Shown: piece after piece, positions 13,100 to 25,754 of the stretch | Numbering within the stretch: the stretch's first letter is position 1 | Layout: each line of letters begins with the position of its first letter | Source: Patellaria atrata CBS 101060 | Taxonomy: Eukaryota | NCBI GenBank assembly: GCA_010093705.1 | Contig: MU006090.1 | Span: 1,639,817-1,703,816, forward strand | Reading direction: 5' to 3' | Length of the DNA stretch: 64,000 bases | The notes under the pieces: model-generated | Seen by the model: only the letters and a program-made list of their open reading frames with translations | Told to the model about the DNA's origin: nothing | The model's database searches: none | Made by a program: the position numbers and the translations under genes

Positions 13100-14307
13100 A
13101 TGCCTCCAAAGAAAGATCAGGGCAAAGCCAAGGCGGATAAGGTCGCCCAGGATAAGACATTTGGGATGAAAAATAAGAAAGGCGGTGCCGCACAGAAACA
13201 GATTAAACAAATACAACAAGCCGCCGCTTCTTCGAAAACACCCGAACAGAAGAAGAAGGAAGCAGAGAAGTTACAAAGAGAAAAGGAGAAGAAGGCTGCG
13301 GAAGATGCCCGAAAGGAGACTGCAGAGTTATTTAAGCCTGTTCAAGTTCAGAAAGTCCCGTTCGGCGTAGATCCCAAAACCGTCTTGTGCCAATTCTTCA
13401 AGAAAGGCTCATGCGAAAAGGGTAAACCTTCAAATTCCTATTATATGTTGTTATCTAGGGGACGATTTACTGATTCTATCTGTTGACTATTCCAGGGAAG
13501 AAATGCAAGTTTTCTCACGATCCTGCTGTAGAACGAAAACAGGAGAAGAGGTCTTTATACACAGACACACGAGAGGGAGAAGAGGAGAAGAAAAAGGATG
13601 ACATGGCCGACTGGGACGAAGAGAAGCTGCGTAGCGTTGTACTCTCAAAGCATGGTAATCCCAAGACGACAACCGACAAGGTCTGCAAATACTTCATCGA
13701 GGCGGTAGAAAACCAGAAGTACGGTTGGTTCTGGGCTTGTCCAAACGGTGGCGACAAGTGCATGTATAAACACTCATTACCACCTGGGTATGTTAACCAC
13801 AACCATTTACACAAACCCTACCCACATACACCCCGTAGCGCAATTGTCATTACCAGATGTACTAAGAAATGTCGCAGTTTCGTCCTAAAGACCAAGGAAC
13901 AGCGGGCCGCGGAAAAAGCACTGATGGACAAATCACCCTTGAATACACTAACGCTCGAAGACTTCCTCGAGTCCGAACGACACAAACTCACCGGCAGCCT
14001 GACACCAGTAACTCCTGAGACATTCACCAAATGGAAGAAAGAACGATTAGACAAGAAGGCTGCAGAAGAGGAAGCCAAGGCCTTGAAAGAGGCAACTGGC
14101 AGAGCCATGTTCGAAAAGGGTGACTGGCAGGCCAGCAGCGGCGAAGAAGATGACGAAGACGACGATGATGGTGCCGACGACGTATGGAACCTCGAGGCAC
14201 TAAGACAGGAGACTGAAGCAGCCCGGCAAAGGAAAGAAGAGGAGCGACTAGCTGGTCTGAACGGGGATGGTGAACCTGTTACTAACGGCAACGGAGAGGT
14301 GTCGTGA
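13100..14307 (+). CDS. TMA46: Translation machinery-associated protein 46 (CCCH zinc fingers, DRG/Rbg1 regulator DFRP1), 3 exons
   Basis: [75 protein letters not shown]. Introns ~13422-13495 and 13788-13877. Confidence 0.92.
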
Positions 14308-14636
14308 ATAGCGGCAAATTCTGGTGAATATGGAAGACGCAGATGATGAGATTGATGAGCATTTCATGACGTGGTGTTCTGAGCGTGGGTTTGGCGCATT
14401 TACAGGCTGCATCTGGACACAAACAGGGTAGACACCCATTTGGACAGGCACGGAGAGGGAGGTCGTTATGCGCTTCCCATCTATAGGCCCTTTATACATA
14501 TTTTCCGACGCATCACTGTCTTCTCGTCCAATCTAGATCTCACATGCGACCCTTTCCCATCCATCCATCCAACCATCTCTTATCATAACTCTTCCACCCT
14601 TCTATCAACTCTACTCCCTCGATCACCTTCACCCTC

Positions 14637-15465
14637 TCACTCCTCCAAAGACAACAACCCCCTCTCCTGCAAATACCCCACAATCAGCACCACCGCCTCC
14701 TCCACACTCGTCTCCGCACTCTTAATCCTGATCTCCGGGTCTTCCGGCTCCTCATATGGCGCACTAACCCCCGTAAACTCCCTAATCTCCCCCTTCCTCG
14801 CTTTCTTATACAACTCCTTCGGATCCCTCTGCTCCGCCACCTCAAGGGGCACATCCACCCACACCTCCACAAAAGGCAGCGGCGGATTATCCCCCTGGCT
14901 CCCACTTTCACTCCCCGCAACCGGGGCCGCGTGGAGCTCCCTAGCCACGGCCCTGTCGCGGCGGTACGGGCTGATGAAGCTCGTGATGGCGATGGTGCTG
15001 CTGTCCGCGAACAGCTTGGCCACCTCAGCGATGCGCCGGATGTTCTCCGTCCTGTCGCTTTCGCTGAAACCGAGGTCTTTGTTCAGCCCGAAGCGCACGT
15101 TGTCGCCGTCGAGACGGTAGGCCGCGAGGCCGAGGTGCAGGAGGTGCTGCTCCAGCGCCGTTGCGATGGTGGATTTGCCGGACGCGCTGAGGCCTGTGAA
15201 CCAGATTGTGAGGCCGCGTTGTTTGCGGTTGGCGTTGCGCTCGCGCCGGGAGAGCGAGGCGTGCCATGTTATGTTTCTTTTTTGAGAGAGAGAGGGACGG
15301 TTAGTGGATGTTTAAGAAGGATGGAGGGGACTGAGGATGTTTATGGGCAAGTAAGGTAGGGTAAGGTGTTGTTTGGGGGGCTCCTCGTGGAGGATTAGAT
15401 GCGTTGATAGTATGAATGGAGGAGGGGTAGTGGGGTAAAAGTGCAGGAGTGACTTACGTCGCCAT
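14637..15465 (-). CDS. MET14: Adenylyl-sulfate (APS) kinase
   Basis: Spliced N-terminus [21 protein letters not shown]-loop; [37 protein letters not shown]. Confidence 0.95.
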
Positions 15466-15980
15466 TGTGAACTGTGTTCTATCGAAAATCAATTGGAGGA
15501 TAGTGAGGTAGGGACTAACTGTAAAATAATCCTTTCGACAAAGGTTTTGTCCGCAAAGGGACACCTTCGTGCTTTATCCATTTTTAAACCTACAGGGTAG
15601 AGATTACGTCCCAGCAAAATATTCTTTAGCGTGATGACGTGCTGCGGTAGCCGAATTACTCTATTCGGTAGTCCTTCTTCTCCTAAGAGCCAAGTATACG
15701 TCTTTTAACTCAATTTCTAACATTATATGCTTAAGATACTATCACTATGAAATGCCGAATAAAAAAGACCCTAGTGTTCATCTCAAGCATAGCAGGGGAC
15801 TGTTCGATGAACCTGGTATTGTGAGCTGCTGAGACAAAAGGAAGAGACAAAGTCCGAACCCCCTCGGAATGTATAATATAAATTATGTATTTTGACACCT
15901 AGATACCTTTCATGTGACTAGTCCTATCATCCATAGATAATAGGTACTTGGACTGTACAAGTACGTTGATAAGATCGAAC

Positions 15981-17901
15981 CTAGAAATCCTCACGGGCAC
16001 GCTTACTCCTCTTCCTGATTGAAGCGCCATAATACCATAGCACGAACGGAATCGGGATAAAGGCAATCCCAAGGAACGCCAGAAGACTACTTGCCCAGTC
16101 CACACCAAGGCGACGGTACATGGCAATAGCGAGTAGGGGAAATCCCGCACCGAACGATGAACGGAAAAGCTCATTCCCAGCGAGCACAGAAGCAGCATAC
16201 TCCGAGAATGCGTCCTGAAGATAGTGGAGGACGCCGTTGGAAAGCAGAAAAGCACCGACGGTAAAGAACCTGGAGCCGACTATAGGCATGAGCCAGTGGA
16301 TTTCCGGTCTGGCGCTCCAACTAAACCAGAAGAGACATATGGGGATGAAGAAACCACCTACGCAAGCTGGGGGAAGAACGTTTCTCAGGCTGAATTTCGC
16401 CGCGGTCGTTGATCTTGGGTTCTTGTACCTTGTATAGATAGAGAAAGAACGGAGGGATTTGTTACAAGGGCTCCAATAAGTATACCTAGAATGCTGGCCC
16501 TTGCAGCCCCAAATCGAAATGATATATCTGAATGAAGACGATGAGGAAGGACTCGAACCAGATATATAACAACCCATAAATGAGAGCAATATACAAGTTC
16601 AGTAAAAATACCACAGGCTCGGTAGGGTTCAGGGTGAATGGCCGGACGAGGGTCATAAGGGTGGTGTCTCTTCGTGTCATTTGCTCGGCCATAATTTTAG
16701 GTTCACACTTTAGTTCTCCGTTACATTTAAGCTTTCGAAGTCGGCGTGTGCGGCGATAGAGAATATTTTGTGCACTGGTTTCAGGAAGAAAGAAGAAAAT
16801 GATAACAAGACAAAAACCAGAAAGGCTTCAAACGTGTCAGCAAAATATTTCAAACGAATATGAATACACTTACCACATAGTTTCCCATATCGTCCATGTC
16901 TAGCCTTTTGCTTGTGCTGTGAAACCACCCCCTAGCGGACCCAAAACTGGCCCACATATGGCGAATAAGCCCCAGATTGATATTTCGTACGCACGCTTTG
17001 CGGGTCTGTACATATCCCTAAGTGATGTTCTACCGGTTGCGAGCACTGGGGAGCCAAAGAACCCGGTCAAGAAACGGAATGCTAAAAACATACCGAAGTT
17101 GGTGGCTAAAGCAGTTGGGACCTGAAAGACAACGAATACAACTAGCGTCCTAAAATAAATCGGGTTGCGGCCAATGTAGGGAACTTCTGATATCGGTGAC
17201 CAGAGCATCTATACATTCGTCAATTTTCATTTCCATCATTTGTGGTAGTAAAAAAAAAAATACTGACGGGTCCCACACCGTAACCAGCGACAAAAGTTGT
17301 GAGCCCTGAGAGAGCAGCCACCTCACCGACGCCGAAGACTCGCATCACATCCAGTACTCCCGCGCTGTAAATCGCAGAGCGTATGTAAACGCTTACAGTC
17401 AAGAGGCAAATTTGGAAAGTGACAAAAGACTTCTTGAATAGCGACCAATTCATAGGATTCTACGAGTGACTTCTCAGTAACAGATGATCAACAGTATCAG
17501 CATATTTCACCGAGCACCTCTGGGTCGTCTGGACCGGACCAGTAGATAATATGCACATCTTTTCCCCTTTCCAGGTCCAATCTGACAGCGCTTGTCTAAT
17601 TGTATATTGTATCACAATCGTGGGCGTAAGTCGCGGATGAAGCCACAGTATGACCTCTCGGGTCTTACCATTGAGAATCTCCATCTCGGTCACCGTTACT
17701 CTGTTTTGCAGGCTGTTCCTTTGCGTCGGAAGCCCCTTGCTGTGGTCCCACGCGGCCGTGATGCGCGACGTTGGCTAACTTCTCTGTGGACAAGCTTTCC
17801 CATATTGTCGGATCTCTTTCCTCTGCGTAATGCAGATACCTTTCACCCGTAATGAAACGAATACAATGTCCGAAGATGCTGTCTCGAATGAGTTCAGTTA
17901 T
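15981..17901 (-). pseudogene. Disrupted MFS multidrug transporter (DHA1 family, Flr1/Caf5-like)
   Basis: Motifs (M)TELIRDSIFG, WSGPDDPE|NPMNWS..KK, WSPISEVPYIGRNP, RFLTGFFGSP, YAASVLAGN..RS.FGAGFPL are spread over several frames. In-frame TAG at 16900-16902 where Trp is expected (KG*TWTIWE). Likely start ATG is now ATA. Frameshifts present. Confidence 0.85.
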
Positions 17902-20245
17902 CTCGAGATTCTTCTGGCGAACTGAAGGACCAAATGAAAAGGCTTTCACCTTCACATCGGGTGATGTGGGATAAGAAGCAAAGAAAACGCGAGAATGAGC
18001 AACGAGAAGGTGCAAACTTACCTGCTGGGGTTATAACTCGTACCTACTGTAAAGAGGTTTCTGGATGCTGTCGTGATAATCTTGAAATTACACAGACCTT
18101 GGCGTGCCGCTACTTTGAAGGGAGATGGACTTGAAACGAGTTCTCAACATTAGGGTATCGATATTGAGACGTAAAGTTGATTGTTGAAATTTTGAAAGCC
18201 GTGGCCGGAAAGCATTGATAACGCCATCTCTCTACTATTTGTAGCGGTAGACACCTTACTTGATCGTCAGGCATCAAATATAGCGATGAAATCTATTCGG
18301 CCATTAATTTACTGAAGAACCATGTATCAGGAATAGCTCTCGCCTATTCCCATCCGCAGTTGTAACGTCACTTCCTTTGATATAACCTCGTTCGCACGCG
18401 TTGATAGAGATAACTCCTTTATCGGTATCAACTCGATACGTATCCACCATCTTTTTTTGGACAGGAAAACATACCATGATCCCGAGTAGCTCATGGTAAT
18501 CTTCCATAAATTTTAGCTTTTACGAATATGTTCCAGTTAGTCACTTTTTTCCTGGCAAACTTCTGCTTGTTTGTATAAATGATATTCATGTTCCCCCTTT
18601 TTCTTCAAAACTTCAGTCATGATAACTGGACAACCTAATCAATGTAAATCTTTCTTGTGGTCTAGCAAACCGGAAAGTATTTGATACGGTGGCAGAGCGA
18701 GACGGATGGATGATAATCTCGTCTACCTGTGCGTGATGATTCCCTCCTTGAAGGCCTAGGTCTTGTAGTATGGTACGAGGTCCGCATCGGCTTTGTCATT
18801 CAGAAGGGTGTTTGCAGTGTACAAGAGCGGAGTATTACGACGTAATACAGCTGTAGTCTTCCTTGGAATACTCCGAGGATATACTGATGCATGTCACTCA
18901 TCGCTGAGATTAAAGGGCGAACATCCTACGATAACCTTGAATATCATTAGTACCTTTAAGTTAGCAGTGCAGACATGTTCGGCTACCAGGTCCGATGTAA
19001 CACAGTGAAGAGATTGAGGGGAGATGTGATCCCAAGGATGTTCGAGTTTCGAGTTCCGAGTCGGAGCTAGAGAGCAACTTCTCTTCTGTATCAGCAGGAT
19101 TGTGCTCGATGTTATGCCAGAATCTCTGTAAATGCTGTCCAAACATGTATCTATTTTATACGTCCCTACTTTTAATTGAATGATAGCTATCAGGGGTTAC
19201 TGGGGTCAGCCGATAACAAGTTGGAAAGGATATACTGTGCCAACACTCGACTCCTCTTAGGTCTAATGGTTTGTTGGCTAGGTCTTGCATGATCTAAAAG
19301 TTGGACGTAGATCTAGTGCATAGGTGGAAATGGAGTAGATCCCCGCTGTTTGGTCTGCTCGAGAGAAGAGAGTGAGGGTGCTGTCCGTAAGGTAGTGTTC
19401 CGTTGCACTTTAGCGTATAAGGGATGACCGGAGCGAGCTCCGTTTCCGCAACAAGGAGGGTGGATAAAGAAGGAGAACAGAGCCAGTCATTGTTCAAATG
19501 TAGCGGCCCTGACTCCGAAGACGTTCGACGATATTTCTCTGTTTTTCCAGATTGGGAACAAAGAATGACAGGAAAAATTTGATCAGTGGTTGAGGCAATT
19601 GGTACAGAAGTGTGTCGGCCAGAGAACTAGGAGTTCAGGACGGGACTGACTCCAAGAGGGTGGGCCCCTGAGCTGGCACTACGGGTGCACCCGAACCACA
19701 AAGTAGCGCACAAAAGTGGACAACCCTGATCCCCATATCAAACTTTCCCGTGTTGATTATCGTATTTCTTTTCAGGTTCTGCTTGTGTACTGTTAAACGG
19801 CAGTCAGCCCACACAACTGTCCCACGACTTCACTGTGCCCTGGTGCCATTCATGATATCCCAACCTAACAAGCCCTACCTCCATAGACAAGTCTCGATCG
19901 CGGAGAAAACCTTTGGCCGAATATCCCATGAGTCCCAGAATGGATCTTTGCATACAGTGAAGGGAGCTCAGTCCTGTTGACCCGACTCGACGGGAGTGAC
20001 CTTATCGACTGGTGAACCCTGGTATTTCCGCCCAATAATCGAGCTACGGTGGAAGTTCGTCTTCTCAGTTTCCGGATCCAGGGCCGTCCGTCTTGGAGGA
20101 TTATGTAGAATATAATAACGCAAGGACCGAGGTTCGAAATAAAGGAGTGCAGCTGTCGGAGCGACGTAAGAGGTTCCGGTCAAAACTGGTACAAGAAGAG
20201 AGTCCACAACGAGTTTTACCATTCTTTAGGTATTTCAGTTACAGA

Positions 20246-20301
20246 GCAGTTCTCTGCCGCAGTTCTCTGCCGCAGTTCTCTGCCGCAGTTCTCTGCCGCA
20301 G
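20246..20301. repeat. Tandem repeat, 13-bp unit GCAGTTCTCTGCC, about 4.3 copies
   Basis: Directly visible. Confidence 0.95.
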
Positions 20302-23097
20302 GATTCCGCCTGTTCTCATTGAAGATGGTCGATGGTGCCAGTTCCCCTTGTATTCCCTTATTGAATCTCGATTGATCAAGCGATGAAGGAACGTAGAGTT
20401 ACTCGTCATAGAACTAAAGTACTCAACATGATATCGTCAAACCACCATGGAGAGGTGGTTGTTACTTCGGCTGACTCCAATCGGCCGAGTCATCGTCTGA
20501 TACTAAAGTATGGTACTTCACCATGAGCCCCCCCAAGCCGTAGCCGTTCCCTATGCTATGTATAAGCTATGCCTTAGGTGCCTGGGTGTTGGCTGGCATA
20601 CATCCCTTTATACATCTCATGTGCATTCAGTTACGCAGGCTTGATTGCATTTTCTGAGTCTGTAGCATGAGAACTAATACTCTATACTGAGCGTGAAGAA
20701 GCTCTAAATCCTGTCATCATGGATGAGAATGGTATATCGCAGCTCCAATAACATTGGGAAGCGCAAGGACATAACCTTTGACAGCGATATAGCCAAGGAT
20801 AGTCCACAAACTCCAGTTAGTCTCTACAAGCAAATAAAAGTAGGGAAATACGAAAATCTGTTAGACAATAGTGGACCTACCTGATAGGGGCTTTCTTCAT
20901 GTTATGTTAATGTAGTCCGTCAATAATGACAGACTAATATTGCAGAAAGTGAGCCCAAAAGCTCTGTACTCATTGCTTATTCACACTAAGGAGCAAATAG
21001 ACTCGGCAAGATACCTTACCGACAGTCAAAATGAGACAATATCTAGGTCCATTCGATGATTGACCAAAAAGGACCACGAGCATATATTGTATTTACCAGA
21101 AGACCAATCATTAATCCTGGTGTAAAGGCCACCGATCAGGTATTCACCGTACGTATTTTCTAGCTGTGTAGACCGTATACGATAGCTTAATCATAGATTG
21201 TGCGTTCTTCTTTTAAGCGAGACCTCCGCAACGTCGAACAGACATGATCAAAAAGAAGGAAAGAAGCGCTCCTTATGATACATTACGATCGATTCTTGCG
21301 GGTAGAAGGACGAGCATTCCAAACTTAAAGGCTAAGTTTCTGACTAAGCGAGGGACTGCATAAGAATATCTTGAAGGACGGTCCGATCCTGCAGGTGAAT
21401 CATCAATGATTCTTCAGTTAGGGTGCTAAGTACCCGGACGACATGAGTAAGCTTGGTAAGGCATGTATGCGATCCACGTTGTTGAGGCTTGAGCGAAGTT
21501 ACTCGTAAGGTAGTTCTGAAGGTCTTCTCTCTTCGATGCTCAGAAATAAGAAAACTTCACATCGGGGACTGTCCCTGCTCTGACAAGACGTTCGACGATA
21601 TTAATTCCATCTACCCCTTTCGGTAAGTGAATGCTGGACATGATTGGTGATCTCGTCGTCAAGGGACGTTAGCATGACATCGATTCCGTCAGGGTCTTCA
21701 AGATATCTTGTCGGAGAGGAGTCCTGCTCCGACAAGACGTTCGACGATTTTTACAATTAATTTCTTCTTTGGTAAATGACTACCTCTGTACGGAGTACTA
21801 CTGTACAGTATTCGACGTTACGAGGTAGCCTAGGTAGCATAGATCTCGATCTCTTGATACTGATGGTCATGGCTTCCGTCGGGGAGGAGTCCTGCTCTGT
21901 CATGACGTTCGACAATATTTCGAACAAATAACTGTTTTTGAAAGTAACTGCTAGATCTAGCGATCAGGTAGTGTTTAGTTCGATTGAGCCACAGTAAGGG
22001 TCCACGGGTTCCTGCCCTTGGGTGCAGAAGCAAGATTGATTCGGATGGATGGCACGTCACCTAAAGATACCTTGGAAGAGGTTTGACACCTCGGTCGACA
22101 CCTCGGATAACCCTAAAGGGGCTTTCTTTCGTCCTCTTTTTGAATGTCCAGTTCCCCGCCACATGGTCAATGACGATCGAAGCTGGTCGTGAAACTTAGA
22201 CGTTAAGGGATGCTCCCAATTTTTCAGTTTTGAGTTTCCATACTCTCAATTAAGGCAAGCAGCTTCCCCCGTTGTTCAAATATCAGACACCAACTTAGGA
22301 TCATGAACCATCTAGGTCTTACTGCCATCAATGAAGCCGTATTACAGTATTGAAGCCCTACATTACGAACTCAAATTTAATAAATATGGTCTTTGGATAT
22401 TGGTTCCTCCCGTCGTGTTCGCAGATCGAAGTGGCGACAATTTACCCTCTACTGTCGATCCCAGATACAGCCATCTTAGGTCCATTTGAAAAAGCCGTTG
22501 TTTTACGAGCGGAGGGAAGGTTAGACGGAGTATACAAATAGGAATCAAGGCTGGTTATGAAATTATTCTGAATCATCACAAAGTTGTTCGTATAACTTCG
22601 CTGAGCAGGATCAGACATTGAGAAAACTTACCATGTGGCGGTGATTCTGGCATTTGTCTTCCCACCATACCAACCACTCAGAGGCCGCGGAATATCACTA
22701 GCGTGTGATTTTGGTGGTTGGGTTACCGGCCATTGGCGAATTTTGGCGGCAAAATCACGAGCACTTGAGGCCCAAAAGGGCTAGCGGTATGGCGTAAACA
22801 AGCCCCTTAAGGCTGGGCAACCTGCCATCTCAGCTGTCACCTCAGTGACGCGGCTGGAACACAACACGTTAAACATAAAAGAGTGTATTCATTGCATTCA
22901 TCGTGACAACATACAATCGCAAGACATCACAATCACATCTAATCCATGAGTCTCTGATCACATCTGATTCAAACAATTAGATACCGAGTCATATTACTCT
23001 CAACTCGCGCCATCTACCAAATTCCAAATTTTTTCTAAAACAGCCCCTGAGCTCAATCCAAACAATCAACCACGGTACCATCTTATCAACCATCACA

Positions 23098-23682
23098 ATG
23101 CGCGCTTCAATCTGCATCACCGCTCTCTTCGCGTCCGCCGCCCTCTCTCAAACCTTAGTTGAACCCTCAACCGGTGCGCCTACTGACGCGCCCACCGACG
23201 CGATCCCGACACCGTCTTCAATCCCTTACACAAACCCCAACACACATTTCCTCACGATGACCGACTCGAGGGGCGTCATCACCGGGCAACCTACCCTACC
23301 CACTCTGCCCACTCTCCCCACTGCTGTAACCACGCAGCCCGTGCTAGAGACCTTCCAACCGTCGGTCATAACCTCGCAGCCGGAGGTCGCCACCATCCCG
23401 GCGGGTTTGCCGACTGGCGTTAGGACCATCCAGCTCCCGTCGAGCAGCTTTTTCGTCATCAGTGTGGGTCGCAGCTCTACTGTAGTATTCACGCCTTCGA
23501 CCTCCACATCCTCTGCTGAGGAGACTGGGACTGCTGGTGACTCCACGGCTACCGATTCCGAGGAACCAACTGGCACTGAGACCAGTGAGGGTGCTGCAAC
23601 TAGCACCGGTGCGGCTGCTGTCCTCAAGGGGGCCTCTGGTGCTGTTCTTGGTGCGGGTGCGTTTGTTGCCATGTTCTTGTAA
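23098..23682 (+). CDS. Ser/Thr/Pro-rich secreted, probably GPI-anchored cell-wall protein
   Basis: Signal peptide MRASICITALFASAALS, T/P/S-rich body, C-terminal GPI-type signal STGAAAVLKGASGAVLGAGAFVAMFL. Confidence 0.85.
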   Translation: MRASICITALFASAALSQTLVEPSTGAPTDAPTDAIPTPSSIPYTNPNTHFLTMTDSRGVITGQPTLPTLPTLPTAVTTQPVLETFQPSVITSQPEVATIPAGLPTGVRTIQLPSSSFFVISVGRSSTVVFTPSTSTSSAEETGTAGDSTATDSEEPTGTETSEGAATSTGAAAVLKGASGAVLGAGAFVAMFL

Positions 23683-23982
23683 GGAGGATGTAAAAGTTTC
23701 GCATATCTCGGCTTGTATTTTGTATTTGTATTATACCCCTTGATGGATGAGTGGAGGGCTGAGCATTTGGCGTTCGCGACTCGTGGACATTCAAGATTTG
23801 GTCGGTATTTAACTAGCCGTGTGGGCATCTCGGATGTGTTTGTCCATAGTGTAAAGACCTCTTAATAATAAAACATATCTTCAGTGTAAGAATTCATCCG
23901 AATATTCCTTTAGTGTGACTCCTTTCGTGTCTTACGCCTCCGTGATAGTGTACGAGGAAGGTAAATCTAAAGATTCAAGCGC

Positions 23983-24743
23983 TCAACTTAGTCTTTGCAG
24001 ATAACCCTGTGCAATAAGTCGTTCCACATCCGCCTGCCGAACATAGAACTGACTATTCTTCGTCAAAGTAATAGCTCTATTCCACCGCGTTAGCCAAACT
24101 CCCACATCAAGAGGCACACCCGTAAAATCAAACTGATCAACTCACCCATACTCCGTCTGAATCTCCCCCGCATCCTTCAACACCCTAACATCGATAAACA
24201 GATCTCTCGGCGGCTCCAACGGGCCCGTCAAATCAATATCCGTCCACTGTCCCTTATACGCGGCAAGCAGATCTCCATACCGCCTCGCGTACTCCTCCTC
24301 CTCGGGGCTCAGCGAACTGCCCTCTGCGTCGCTAGCACCTTCTTGCCTCTGCGCCGCCGACCGCTCCAGCACGTCGACGCCGCTCCAACACATCTCCTCC
24401 AGCCGATCGGCGCGCACCCGGTGGTATGCTAATAGGCACCGCTTGTTGCGCCGCATGCAGAGGTAGTTCACGAGCACTTGGCAGGCGGTCGCGGGGTCGG
24501 AGGACGGGTCGATGGACCCGCCTAGAGAGGTTAGTGTGGAGGTTACGGAGCGGTCTAGCTCGCGCACTTCGCGGATCATGGAGCGGATTATTTCGGCGGC
24601 GTAGGGGGGGAGGTGGGGGAGTGTGAGGGTGCGTTTGGCGTGTTGGACCTAGGTGGGGGGTGGGGAGTTAGTGGGTGTGGTGTGGTTGGGCAGGGAGAGG
24701 AAGGGGAGGACAATACCAGTTTGTTTCCGAGTTCGCCGTACAT
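23983..24743 (-). CDS. PSF1: GINS complex subunit Psf1 (3 exons)
   Basis: MYGELGNKL|VQHAKRT, MRRNKRCLLAYHRVR, DLTGPLEPPRDLFIDVRVLKDAGEIQTEYG, final exon ...FYVRQADVERLIAQGYLQRLS*. Confidence 0.95.
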
Positions 24744-25313
24744 TGCGTCCCGCTGGTATGAGGAAGCTCAGGAGAGTACTGTTGTAGGTTGAAGTGAGAG
24801 TCGACGGGAACGCCAGGGCAGTGGGATCAATATGTTCGGGCGAACTAGCCGTATCGGGCCCTTTTCACGATTTTTGTTGAACGTCTTGTGAATAACGTTA
24901 CTTTGACCCCTGGTAAGTAATGACTCTAAGAGTTAAAGCATCACTGTCACGGCAAACGTTTCCAAGATTTTGAATGAATGTCTCATGTAAGGGGGCGGGT
25001 GGAATAGAAGTATTGATGAGCGTTTTCAATTGCCCACAGGTACTCGAGATTTGTAGTTTAATTCTTAGTAAGGGAGATGAGAATGAGAAGCAATGTATGT
25101 GACCAAATCAGGTAATACTCCTAAAAATATAGTCGAACGCCGTGAAAGCTTGGCCAGTGTCAGAGCTTATTCCAAACCATTTCTGACGTCGTTCAACAAC
25201 CCCCCATACTCCACCAATAAGCACCTTAACCCCACTCTTTCAAATTCCTTATCAGTCATGCATAGTAAAAAGTTATAAGCTATACTTACCGGCAAGGCCC
25301 GATAATCAACACT

Positions 25314-25478
25314 GGGAAGGTGGCCGAGTGGTTATGGCGTTACGGTTTGTACTAACTTCCCTCCCCCCTACCTTTGAATTACGTATGCTAATAAGTTGTG
25401 CAGTTTAGGTTAAAGCGTTCCAGCTTAACGAACTTTCCGTAATTCGAAAGAGCGTGGGTTCGATCCCCACCCTTCTCA
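25314..25478 (+). tRNA. tRNA-Leu, anticodon TAG, with two intervening sequences (25345-25403 spliceosomal-like; 25410-25436 canonical position 37/38)
   Basis: Acceptor stem GGGAAGG/CCTTCTC+A; A box TGGCCGAGTGG; anticodon stem TTACG/CGTAA; loop TT-TAG-G..C after removing both inserts; long variable arm TTCGAAAGA; T arm GTGGG-TTCGATC-CCCAC; T7 run at 25485-25491. Confidence 0.85.
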
Positions 25479-25484
25479 TTATTC

Positions 25485-25491
25485 TTTTTTT
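25485..25491 (+). terminator. RNA polymerase III oligo-T terminator of the tRNA-Leu gene
   Basis: T7 run a few nt after the discriminator base. Confidence 0.7.
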
Positions 25492-25754
25492 GAGTTTTTA
25501 TCTTTTCCCTATTTGGTGGTGTTGTTGTTGTGATGGAGAGTTGAATTTTTGGTTGTGGAGACGAGCGTGAGGATAAGTGAGTTGGAGATATTGCAAGGAT
25601 AAGGGAGTATTATCATTTATATTTAGATTTCGAAGATTATGGTAGACAGAAGCAGCTTGTTAAGTTCTTGATCATTTTGTGGTCTGTTCTCTGAACATCT
25701 ATGGAAATACATAATTGCCGCGTACTTTTCACAATCCATACGCACAGTGCTGCT

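Noticed and set aside
21561..21920. CRISPR-like array of spaced repeats
   Set aside because: Eukaryotic context, no cas genes, degenerate copies and spacers over 100 bp. Better explained as a protein-repeat relic.
22108..22116. TAACCCTAA, matching a telomerase RNA template, in a long non-coding interval
   Set aside because: A single 9-mer is expected by chance at appreciable frequency. I could not identify a pseudoknot or P6/P6.1 element. An Infernal search with Pezizomycotina TER models would settle it.
25282..25292. ATACTTACC, identical to the U1 snRNA 5' end, just upstream of the tRNA
   Set aside because: No U1 stem-loops or Sm site follow, and the tRNA starts about 30 nt later. Probably chance.
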